A stretch of 64,000 bases of DNA from an uncultured Planctomycetaceae bacterium (lineage in GTDB: Bacteria > Planctomycetota > Phycisphaerae > SM23-33). Of the stretch, positions 54,175-62,451 are shown piece by piece (the stretch's first letter is position 1; every line of letters starts with the position of its first letter). The translations under genes were made by a program, and so were the position numbers. The notes beneath the pieces are model-generated. The model was not told the DNA's origin. It was given only the letters and a program-made list of their open reading frames with translations, and searched no databases. The stretch covers positions 34,121 through 98,120 of the forward strand of contig CAZHEH010000007.1 of the NCBI GenBank assembly GCA_964531695.1, in the 5' to 3' direction.

Positions 54175-56142
54175 CTAGAGCAACTGGGCCAGCATGTCCA
54201 GCGCGTCCTTCTGCGTGTTCATGAACTTCGCAACCCCCTGGAACATCTGCTCGTAGACCAGAAGCTTGGCGGCTTCCTCGTTGACATCGACGCCCCCGAT
54301 TTCGTCCCGCCGCTGCTCGAGCTGGCGCATCACGGCCTCCATCCCCTCGAGACGGGACTCCCGGACCGCGACCGACTGCCCCACGCCCGTGACCATCTCG
54401 CGGTACGCGTCCGAGGGTGTGAGGTCCCCCAGCGCCGTCAACGTCGTCTCCGACAAGTCCGCCATGCGATGCACGTTGATGTTGTCCGTCATGTCGCCGC
54501 TGGAGGCCACGGCCAGCCGGGCCGGGTCGTCCTGCAGCTCCTGCCGGACGCCGAGCGTGGTGGCGGAGTTCCCGCTGAACAGCGTGTTCATGCCCGCCGC
54601 CGCCAGCAGCCCGCTCGTGTCCGTCTCGGCCAGGGCGAGGATCGAGAAGCTCTCGGTGTCCGTCACCGTTCCGACGGGCATCGAAACATAGAGCCCGTTG
54701 CCGATGTTGATCGGATCGCCGGGGGCGTAGCCCGAGCCGATATTCACCGTGTCGAGCAACTCGCCCGCGCCGTTGCGGACCTCCAGCGAAAGATCGCCGG
54801 TTCCGACCGTGCCGTCGCCGTCGACGGTTACGGTGAGCGTGTCGTTCGATTCGCCCGTGTAGACGCCCGAGGCGACGGGCTCCGACGTGCCCGTCCAGCC
54901 GCCGGAGATGTCCGCCAGCGGGGCGGGCAGGAAGTCGAAGGTGAAGGTCTGGTCGTCGACGCTCTCGATCCGCAGTGCCCCGGCCGTGACCCTGGCGGTC
55001 AGCGCCGCGTCCCCGTCGGCGTCCGTCAGCCCGTCCAGGGCCGTGGCCACGTCCGAGAGAGTCTGGCCGGTCGTCACGTCGATCTTGTGCCGGACGATCT
55101 TGCCCGTGCTCTCGTTCGTCACGCGGAGGTGGAACGAGCCGTCCTGGATGCCCGCGTTCCACTCGCTGAACGCCTCGGAGGCCGAGGGCACGCCGGTCAG
55201 GTCCGTGAAGGCCCCGCGGGCGCCCACGCCCTGGGCATGCAGCTTGTTGATCTCCGTGGCGAGGGTCGACGCGAGCGTGTCGAGCTGGTTCTGAACGTTC
55301 GGGATGATCTCGTTGTACAGGGCGAACAGCCCGCCGAGCTTGCCGCCGTCGCAGCTCGTGGAGTAGTTCCCGGCGCCGCGGGCCGCCACGCCGAGCTTGT
55401 CGCCGCTGGTGATCGCCACGTCCAGCGCGGTCGTGATCGTGCTGATGGCCAGCGGCGTGCCGACCGACAGGACCGAGACCGACCCCTCGTACGAGCCGTC
55501 GTAGCTGACCTCCATCTCGATGAGCTTGCCGAGGTCGGCCAGGGCTTGGTCCCGCTTGTCCAGCAGCACGTTCGGATTCCCGCCGCGGACGTTCATCGTG
55601 TGGATCTCGCTGTTGAGCGAGGCGATCTCGGCGGCGAGCGTGTTGACGTCCTCGACCCGGTTCCGTGCCTCGACGGCCACCTGCCGCCGCAGCCCCTCGA
55701 TGAACCGCCCGACGCGGCGGAACTCTGTGGTCAGCGAGTGGGCGGCCCAGACCGCCTGGTTCTGGAGCGGCTGGCTGTTGGGCTGGGCGGACAGCTCCCG
55801 CAGCGCGCCGAAGAACGTGTCCAAGGCCGTGCCGAGACCCTCGGCGTCCAGCTCGCCGAAGACGCTCTCCAGCGTCTTGAGGGTCGTCAGTTCCCGCTCC
55901 ACTTGGCCGTGCTGGGGCTGTTGCCCGACGATCTCGGCCTCCAGCAGCGCGTCGGCGGCGCGCTGGATGTCCACCACCTCGACGCCGAGGGGCTCCTGCA
56001 TCGTCTCGCCGAAGGCGACCGGCGCCAGACGCAGGTCCTGGCGGTGGTAGCCCTCGGTCGCGGCATTCGAGATGTTCGTGCCGACCAGGGAGATCGCCCG
56101 CTGGGCGACCTCGAGTCCGGTAAGTCCGATTGACCAGTTCAT
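54175..56142 (-). CDS. flgK: Flagellar hook-associated protein 1 FlgK
   Basis: MNWSIGLTGLEVAQRAISLVGTNISNAATEGYHRQ N-terminus and conserved C-terminus (…LLVYEQMFQGVAKFMNTQKDALDMLAQLL). Confidence 0.85.
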   Translation of the reverse strand: MNWSIGLTGLEVAQRAISLVGTNISNAATEGYHRQDLRLAPVAFGETMQEPLGVEVVDIQRAADALLEAEIVGQQPQHGQVERELTTLKTLESVFGELDAEGLGTALDTFFGALRELSAQPNSQPLQNQAVWAAHSLTTEFRRVGRFIEGLRRQVAVEARNRVEDVNTLAAEIASLNSEIHTMNVRGGNPNVLLDKRDQALADLGKLIEMEVSYDGSYEGSVSVLSVGTPLAISTITTALDVAITSGDKLGVAARGAGNYSTSCDGGKLGGLFALYNEIIPNVQNQLDTLASTLATEINKLHAQGVGARGAFTDLTGVPSASEAFSEWNAGIQDGSFHLRVTNESTGKIVRHKIDVTTGQTLSDVATALDGLTDADGDAALTARVTAGALRIESVDDQTFTFDFLPAPLADISGGWTGTSEPVASGVYTGESNDTLTVTVDGDGTVGTGDLSLEVRNGAGELLDTVNIGSGYAPGDPINIGNGLYVSMPVGTVTDTESFSILALAETDTSGLLAAAGMNTLFSGNSATTLGVRQELQDDPARLAVASSGDMTDNINVHRMADLSETTLTALGDLTPSDAYREMVTGVGQSVAVRESRLEGMEAVMRQLEQRRDEIGGVDVNEEAAKLLVYEQMFQGVAKFMNTQKDALDMLAQLL

Positions 56143-56145
56143 GCG

Positions 56146-56664
56146 CTACGACTCCGTGTCCACCAGGCCGGTGTGCGGGCGCCAGGACTCGCGCCCGGAC
56201 GTGCCGTAGGTGGTCACCGGCGTGCTGGCGGGGAAGAGCGTCTCCATCAGCTCGCGGTTAACGCGGGCGCACTCGGTGAGCAGCATGGCCGTGCGGATGT
56301 GCTCGCGGCGAACGTCCTCAACGAGGACCATGATCCGCCGCCGGCGCCACTCGATCCGCCCGCGGTCCTCGCCCGAGAGGCGGTCGATCAGGCGGCTGAG
56401 GCGCAGCTCCGAGGCGTCGCAGGCGAAGCACGCGGCCAGGGCGCGCCGCGCGTGCCGCAGCCGGCGGTCCGTGGCGGCCTGTACCTGCTGAAGCTGCTCC
56501 ATCTCCGCCAGGAGGCGCTCCATCGGCTCGTCGTCGCGAGCCGCGATGGCGCCGGCCAGCTCGCGGAGCTGCCCGTGCCGGCGGGTCAGCAGGGCGATCT
56601 CCTCGTCCAGCACGTCGGCGAGATTCGCCACGAGCCCCGATAGCGTGGGTCCGCTCGGCATCAT
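56146..56664 (-). CDS. flgN: FlgN-like flagellar export chaperone (probable)
   Basis: 173-aa helical protein immediately upstream of flgK. Start MMPSGPTLSGLVANLADVLDEEIALL. Confidence 0.5.
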   Translation of the reverse strand: MMPSGPTLSGLVANLADVLDEEIALLTRRHGQLRELAGAIAARDDEPMERLLAEMEQLQQVQAATDRRLRHARRALAACFACDASELRLSRLIDRLSGEDRGRIEWRRRRIMVLVEDVRREHIRTAMLLTECARVNRELMETLFPASTPVTTYGTSGRESWRPHTGLVDTES

Positions 56665-57014
56665 AGGGATTGCTCCACGGCCGGCGGCTCGGGCTCCTGC
56701 CCGCCGCCGTATTCGTTGTAGACGTCCTTCCACAGGCCCAGCCCGCCCTTGTCCGCCAGATCCTGCGAGAGGTACATCCAGAACATGTCCTGCATCTGCT
56801 TCGTCACGCCGCTGGACAGGAGCCCCGAGTCGGGGATCGTCCGCTTCATCTCTTCCATCAGACGGCCGAGCAGGACGGACTCGAAGTCCTTGGCGGCCTC
56901 GCTCGCCTTGGCGCGCTGCGCGGCGGCCTGGGCCAGCGACTGCTGCGCCGCGGCCAGCGGGTCGGGCACGTTCCGGGACGAGATCGGGTCGATGGGAAAG
57001 TCGATTCCGCTCAT
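56661..57014 (-). CDS. flgJ: Rod-binding protein (FlgJ N-terminal domain-like)
   Basis: …AKASEAAKDFESVLLGRLMEEMKRTIP…MFWMYLSQDLADKGGLGL matches the Rod_binding family. There is no muramidase domain. Confidence 0.65.
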   Translation of the reverse strand: MSGIDFPIDPISSRNVPDPLAAAQQSLAQAAAQRAKASEAAKDFESVLLGRLMEEMKRTIPDSGLLSSGVTKQMQDMFWMYLSQDLADKGGLGLWKDVYNEYGGGQEPEPPAVEQSL

Positions 57015-57022
57015 GGCTGCTC

Positions 57023-58132
57023 CTACATCACTTCCAGTTCGGCCTGGAGGGCGCCGGCCTTCTTGAGCGCCTGGAAGATGGCGATGATGTCGCGCGGGGT
57101 CAGGCCCATCGAGTTCAGCGCTCGCGCCAGTTCGGCCACGGACGCCCCGTCCGGGATGACCTCGATCTCGGCCTGCTCCTCCACCACGCGAATCCGGGTT
57201 TCCGTCGTCGTCTCGCTGCTGCCCGTCCGCGAAAACGGCAGCGGCTGGGAGACCTCCTCCCGTTCTTCCGTGACGATCGAGAGGTTGCCGTGTGAGATCG
57301 CCACCGACGAGATCCGCACGTTCTTGCCGACGATGACCGTGCCGGTCTTCTCGTTGAAGACCACCGTGGCGGGGAAATCGACCTCGACCTCCAGCGCGCG
57401 AATCTCACGCACGAAGCCGGCGAGCTTCTTGGGGGTGATCTCGTCGGGCAGGTCCACCCGGACCGTGCCCGCGTCGACGGCCGTGGCGGCGCCCTCGTAG
57501 GCCGCGTTGATCTTGTCCGCGATGCTCTCGGCCGTGCCGAAATCCGGATTCCGCAGCAGGAGCGTGACTTCCTCGTTCTCTACGAACTCGCCGATCTCGC
57601 TGCGTTCGACGATGGCCCCGTCCGGCACCGTCGCGACGGTGGCGTGGCCCTTGGTCACCGAACTCTTGTCGCCGGTGGCGGAGAATCCGCCGACCATCAG
57701 CGGCTTCTGCACGACGGCATAGACCTGCCCGTCTGCGCCTTTGAGCTCGGTCATCAGCAGCGTGCCGCCCCGCAAGCTCGTGGCGCTGCCGATGGTCGAT
57801 ACGGTCACGTCCAGCCGCCCCCCCACGCGGTCAAACGCCCCCAGCTCGGCCGTGACGATCACGCTCGCGATGTTCTTGCTCGACATGTCGTCGGGATCGA
57901 GCACCAGCCCCTCGCGACGCAGTATGTTCGTCAGCGCCTGGCGGCTGGCGGCGGCGTTGTCACCGGTGCCGTCCAGTCCGACCACGACGCCATAGCCCCA
58001 GATCGGGTTGCCGCGGGCGCCCTTGATGCTCGTGATGTCCTTGATGCGCTCGGCGCCCGCGCCGGCGGCCAGGACCAGCACGGCCGCGGTCGTCAGCAGC
58101 GTCCTTCGCGTGGTGTCGCTTCTGCTGTGCAT
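57023..58132 (-). CDS. flgI: Flagellar P-ring protein FlgI
   Basis: Signal peptide, then ERIKDITSIKGARGNPIWGYGVVVGLDGTGD…NSMGLTPRDIIAIFQALKKAGAL. Confidence 0.85.
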   Translation of the reverse strand: MHSRSDTTRRTLLTTAAVLVLAAGAGAERIKDITSIKGARGNPIWGYGVVVGLDGTGDNAAASRQALTNILRREGLVLDPDDMSSKNIASVIVTAELGAFDRVGGRLDVTVSTIGSATSLRGGTLLMTELKGADGQVYAVVQKPLMVGGFSATGDKSSVTKGHATVATVPDGAIVERSEIGEFVENEEVTLLLRNPDFGTAESIADKINAAYEGAATAVDAGTVRVDLPDEITPKKLAGFVREIRALEVEVDFPATVVFNEKTGTVIVGKNVRISSVAISHGNLSIVTEEREEVSQPLPFSRTGSSETTTETRIRVVEEQAEIEVIPDGASVAELARALNSMGLTPRDIIAIFQALKKAGALQAELEVM

Positions 58133-58147
58133 GTGTCGGGCTTTCCT

Positions 58148-58786
58148 CTAGAACGGGCTCAGGGCGTTGGCCAGGCGCGAGAGCCAGCCGGGGTTCACGA
58201 AGTCCTCTTCCTGCCCTCGGGCCTTGAAGACGATGTGGAAGTCCGCCACGCGGGTGCTGTCCACCTCGTTGTCGATGTTGATGTCCGACGGGCGGACCAG
58301 GCCGCTGGCCTGGATGATCTGCGTGTCGCCGCCGACCGTCCGCGTCCGCGTGCCGAGCACGACCAGGTTGCCGTTGGGCAGCACGTCCTCGACGACGACG
58401 GAGATCTTGTCCGTCAAGCTGCGATCGCTGCCGTAGTCGGCCCCGCCGGCGAAGGTCGACTCGGCCGAGCTTCCGAAGTCCAGATTCGGAAAGTCGAAGA
58501 TGTACTTCCCGACCTGGGCCAGGAGGTTCGCCGGGTCGAGCGTGCCGCCCATCTCCGCGTCCCGCGTCTCGCTCTTGTCCAGCTCCCGGCTGGTCTCGTT
58601 CTCGATCTTCGTCTGCTCGTCGATCGTGATCGTGAGGATGTCGCCGACGTCCCGCGCCGTGTCGTCCGTGAAGATCGACTGCGTCCGGCGCGACCCCCGG
58701 GCCCAGATGGACCCGGCCTCCGCCGAACCGGCCAGAAGCGCCCCGGCCGCGAGTGTCAACACGATGCATCGAAGGTAGCGGCTCAT
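58148..58786 (-). CDS. flgH: Flagellar L-ring lipoprotein FlgH
   Basis: …GDILTITIDEQT… and …GNLVVLGTRTRTVGGDTQIIQASGLVRPSDI…. Confidence 0.8.
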   Translation of the reverse strand: MSRYLRCIVLTLAAGALLAGSAEAGSIWARGSRRTQSIFTDDTARDVGDILTITIDEQTKIENETSRELDKSETRDAEMGGTLDPANLLAQVGKYIFDFPNLDFGSSAESTFAGGADYGSDRSLTDKISVVVEDVLPNGNLVVLGTRTRTVGGDTQIIQASGLVRPSDINIDNEVDSTRVADFHIVFKARGQEEDFVNPGWLSRLANALSPF

Positions 58787-58790
58787 GCCA

Positions 58791-59783
58791 TCACCTCTTG
58801 ACTATGGGTTTCACGGTTCCGTCGAAGGCGACCTTCGCCGTCACGACGCGCCCGGTGTCCGGGTTGCGGACCCGGATGAAGTCCCCCGGACGCCCGTCCT
58901 CAAGGGCCCGCCCCACGGCCGAGATCGTGAAGCACTCGCCGGTTATCTTCATCATCACCGGCTCGTTTCGCTTGACGACGATCTCCGGACGGGCCTCGGC
59001 CAGCAGCGGCGGGCGAATGACCGTCCCCGCCGAGACGCGGCGGTTCGTCTTGGAGCCGTACGGCGGCTCCCAGCCCGGCTCGGGGGCGGAGGTCTTCTCC
59101 ACCACCTGTATTTCCGTGTTGCTCGGCGTGACCAGCGTGCCGGGGGCAAGGTCCTTCGTGGCCACCAGCTCCCGCACGCGGTACCGGGCCGAGAAGTGAA
59201 CGTCCCGCGCGGCGAGCTGGTCCTCGCCCCGCATCACCGCCACGGTGATGGTCACGCGGCCCTCGGCGGAATGCTCGCCCACGGCGGCGGTCAGCTCGAC
59301 CTCGGCGTCGGCGGGCACGGCGATCGCCTCGGGCTTCCGCACGAGGCGCCAGGTTGCGGCCGGCTCGACGACCTCCTCCGAGAGCTTCTTCTGCGCGACC
59401 GCCAGGATCTGCTCCGGGACGATCAGCTTGTCGTGGCGGCGGACGCGGATCTCCTCGGAGCCGCTGAACTCCACCCGCTCCGGGTCCACGCCCGACGCCG
59501 CCAGCCGGCTCAGCAGCGTGCGGCGCTCGATGACGATGGTCTCGTCGTCCCACGGCGCCCGACCCATGGGCACCTTGCAGGCGGCGGCGTGAAGGTCCGC
59601 GTCGTCGCACGACAGCACCGCCACCTGCTCGAGCGTCACCGCCTCGCCCTCGACGGTGATGTTGCGGGGGCAGTACACCTTCAGCACGGGCGGGGCGTCG
59701 TCGCCGCCCTCGTCGGCCGCCGGCGACAGCGCCGCGACGACCAGGCAGCCCAGCAGAATTTGAAGCGATACCCGGCGGATCAT
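58791..59783 (-). CDS. flgA: Flagellar basal-body P-ring formation chaperone FlgA (SAF domain)
   Basis: Signal peptide. C-terminal …ITGECFTISAVGRALEDGRPGDFIRVRNPDTGRVVTAKV is SAF/ChapFlgA-like. Confidence 0.7.
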   Translation of the reverse strand: MIRRVSLQILLGCLVVAALSPAADEGGDDAPPVLKVYCPRNITVEGEAVTLEQVAVLSCDDADLHAAACKVPMGRAPWDDETIVIERRTLLSRLAASGVDPERVEFSGSEEIRVRRHDKLIVPEQILAVAQKKLSEEVVEPAATWRLVRKPEAIAVPADAEVELTAAVGEHSAEGRVTITVAVMRGEDQLAARDVHFSARYRVRELVATKDLAPGTLVTPSNTEIQVVEKTSAPEPGWEPPYGSKTNRRVSAGTVIRPPLLAEARPEIVVKRNEPVMMKITGECFTISAVGRALEDGRPGDFIRVRNPDTGRVVTAKVAFDGTVKPIVKR

Positions 59784-59791
59784 GGCGGCTC

Positions 59792-60580
59792 CTATCGGAT
59801 CAACTGGTTCGCGGTGGTCAGCATCTCGTCGCCCGCCTTGATGGCGCGCGAGTTGATCTCGTACGCCCGCTGGGCCGTGATCAGGTTCACCAACTCGCTC
59901 ACCATCTGAACGTTGGCCTTCTCCAGGAAGCCCTGGCGAATCGTCCCGAACCCGTCGGCCCCGGCCGTGCCGGTGGTCGGCGAGCCGCTGGCGGGAGTCT
60001 CGGCCAGCAGGTTCTCGCCCTCGCTGCTCAGCCCGGACGGGTTGGAGAACCGCGCCAGCGTCAACGTGCCGACGACGCTCGGCGTGGTGGAGCCCCCGGA
60101 CATCACCGAGATCGTCCCGTCCTTGCCGATGCTGATCGTCCGGGCGTCGGCGGGAATGCTGATCGCCGGCTCGACGAGGTACCCGCCGCTGGTAACGAGG
60201 TTGCCGTTGGCGTCCACCCGCAGCGACCCGTCTCGCGTGTAGCGGACCGCGCCGTTGGGGGTGGTGATCTGGAGGAACCCGTCGCCCTCGATGGCGATGT
60301 CGAGGTTCCGCTGCGTGTTGAGCATCTCGCCCTGGCTGAACACCCGCAGCGTCGAGGCGGGCGAGACGCCCGTGCCCAGCTCGAAGCCGCTGGGGGCGAC
60401 CACGCCCGCGGCCGTCTCGCGTCCGGGCTCGGCCAGCTTGAGGTACATCAGGTCCTGGAAGTCGACCTGCGCGCGCTTGTAGCCCGTCGTGTTGATGTTC
60501 GCCAAATTGTTGGCGATCACGTCCACAACCGACTGCTGCGCCTCCATCCCGGTTGCCGCCGTCGAAAACGCTCGTAACAT
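59792..60580 (-). CDS. flgG: Flagellar basal-body rod protein FlgG
   Basis: MLRAFSTAATGMEAQQSVVDVIANNLANINTTGYKR…VSELVNLITAQRAYEINSRAIKAGDEMLTTANQLIR. Confidence 0.85.
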   Translation of the reverse strand: MLRAFSTAATGMEAQQSVVDVIANNLANINTTGYKRAQVDFQDLMYLKLAEPGRETAAGVVAPSGFELGTGVSPASTLRVFSQGEMLNTQRNLDIAIEGDGFLQITTPNGAVRYTRDGSLRVDANGNLVTSGGYLVEPAISIPADARTISIGKDGTISVMSGGSTTPSVVGTLTLARFSNPSGLSSEGENLLAETPASGSPTTGTAGADGFGTIRQGFLEKANVQMVSELVNLITAQRAYEINSRAIKAGDEMLTTANQLIR

Positions 60581-60606
60581 TCGTCCTACTCCCGCGCCGA
60601 TGCGCG

Positions 60607-61317
60607 CTACGCCATCAGGACCTTCAGAATCTGGCCCATTCGCTCGTCCTGTTTGGAAATCATCTTCATGTTCGCCTGGTAGAGGCGGGTGATCTGGATC
60701 AGGTCCACCAACTCCCGGACCGTCGAGACGTTCGACCCCTCCTGGAAGCCGCTGCTGACGGTCGCCTCCGTCGCCGCGGTCGGGCTGGCCGTGTCCGGCG
60801 CGGAGAAGCAGCTCGCCCCGACGGCCGTCAGGACCGACGGATCCTCGAACCGCACGATCTGAAGCCGGCCGATCGCCTGGCCCGCGGCCGTGACCTGCCC
60901 GTCGCGACCGATCCCGATCTGTGAGGGCGACACCGACTCCGGCAGCACGATCACCCCGCCCACGCCGGCCACGAGCCGCCCGGCTCCGTCCACGAGCTGC
61001 CGGCGATCGTTCGGGCGGAACACGCCGCTCCGGGTGTACACCCGCCCGCCGGGAACGTCCGGCGTCTCGACGACGAAGAAACCGTCGCCCGAGATCGCCG
61101 CGTCCAACGGGCGCCCGGTGTGGACGAGCCGGCCCTGGCTGAAGTCCACGGCCGGGGCGGCGACCACCGGGCTGCCGGCACCGTTCCCGGCCTCTCTGCA
61201 CGCGGCCAGCCGCCGCTTGAAGCCGGGCGTGGCGGCGTTGGCGAGGTTCTCCGTCGCCGTCCGGAACTGGTGGCTCAGCGACTCGATGCCACTGCTTGTG
61301 CTGATCGGTATGCTCAT
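60607..61317 (-). CDS. flgF: Flagellar basal-body rod protein FlgF
   Basis: MSIPISTSSGIESLSHQFRTATENLANAATPGFKR…VRELVDLIQITRLYQANMKMISKQDERMGQIL. Confidence 0.75.
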   Translation of the reverse strand: MSIPISTSSGIESLSHQFRTATENLANAATPGFKRRLAACREAGNGAGSPVVAAPAVDFSQGRLVHTGRPLDAAISGDGFFVVETPDVPGGRVYTRSGVFRPNDRRQLVDGAGRLVAGVGGVIVLPESVSPSQIGIGRDGQVTAAGQAIGRLQIVRFEDPSVLTAVGASCFSAPDTASPTAATEATVSSGFQEGSNVSTVRELVDLIQITRLYQANMKMISKQDERMGQILKVLMA

Positions 61318-62435
61318 GCGTCACTCGGCTCGGCCGATGGGGCCGCGGCGCCGGTCTGGGCGGCGTTCGTCGCCCGCACCAGCTCGGCGATTTGCTCGTG
61401 GTTCAGGCCGGTCAGTTCGACGGCCAGCACGGCCTTGCCGTCCTCGTTGTGCATCACGCGGTGCACCGTGCCGACCGCCTGGAGCTTCCGCTCCGCGTCG
61501 AGCTGCACGACGGCCAGGATGTTCTGGCCCGCGCGGGCTTCCAGGTCCGTCTCGAGCCGCATGCCCGGCCCGGCGATCTCCACCACCGTCCCCGGAACAA
61601 ACTGCGGGGCGTCCGAGGCGTCCGCCGCTTCCACGCCCGCCATGCCCGCCAACTGAGCCGGCCGTTCCGTCGGCACGCGCGGGAAGCGCCGCCGGTTGAT
61701 GTAGCGGAACCGCGACGGGCGGTTCAGAACGAAGCGGTTCCGCTCCCGCCGCAGCACCGAGGCATCGAACTCCCACACCGTGCCGCCGTTGGGATACCGG
61801 ACCAGCCAGCTCTCGCCCGGCTCGGTCGAGACCGTCGGACCGTCCGATTCGATGACCAGCTCGCGCTCGGTGACCTCCCGAATCGTGCCGGTGAAGTCGC
61901 CGCCGCGCCCGCGATGCACGACTGCGACCTGCCCGCCCGCCTCCAACGTCTCATACGCCCGCGGCGCTGCGGCGGCCGCGACGGGGGCGGCCGTCCGGAG
62001 GCCGAGCTTTTCCCGGAGCGACTCGGCCGTGGTGAGGACGCTCTCCTGCTGCTCGGTCGGCAGCGCGCGGAAGGCGCGGGACTCCACGTAGCCGGACAGC
62101 CCCCGAGCGAACGCCACCTGCGAGGTCAGCACGATGGTGGGGTCGCTCAGGCCGGCCTGCCGCGTGACCCGCCAGGCCAGGCCGGCCTCGTCCTCGGTCA
62201 GCCCGAGCCGTTCGGCGGGCCCGTCGAGCGCCCGCCGCCCGCGGCGGAGCAGCACGCTCCGGCCGACCAGCAGCGCCACCGACCCGAGCACGAGCAGGCC
62301 CAGCACGGCGATCAGCGCGACCCACAGCCACCAGCCGCCGGCGTCGCTGGGCATGTTCTGGGCGGCCTCGAACCGCTCGACCGCGTTCAGGACCGAGAAG
62401 GGCGAGGCCGGATCCGTTGTGACCGGAACGTTCAT
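61314..62435 (-). CDS. Membrane-anchored PilZ-domain protein (YcgR-like candidate c-di-GMP receptor) between flgE and flgF
   Basis: N-terminal TM helix (WWLWVALIAVLGLLVLGSVALLV), an RRRFPR (RxxxR) motif and a downstream beta-barrel-like C-terminus. Confidence 0.45.
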   Translation of the reverse strand: MNVPVTTDPASPFSVLNAVERFEAAQNMPSDAGGWWLWVALIAVLGLLVLGSVALLVGRSVLLRRGRRALDGPAERLGLTEDEAGLAWRVTRQAGLSDPTIVLTSQVAFARGLSGYVESRAFRALPTEQQESVLTTAESLREKLGLRTAAPVAAAAAPRAYETLEAGGQVAVVHRGRGGDFTGTIREVTERELVIESDGPTVSTEPGESWLVRYPNGGTVWEFDASVLRRERNRFVLNRPSRFRYINRRRFPRVPTERPAQLAGMAGVEAADASDAPQFVPGTVVEIAGPGMRLETDLEARAGQNILAVVQLDAERKLQAVGTVHRVMHNEDGKAVLAVELTGLNHEQIAELVRATNAAQTGAAAPSAEPSDA

Positions 62436-62451
62436 GTCGTCTCAGCGTTTC

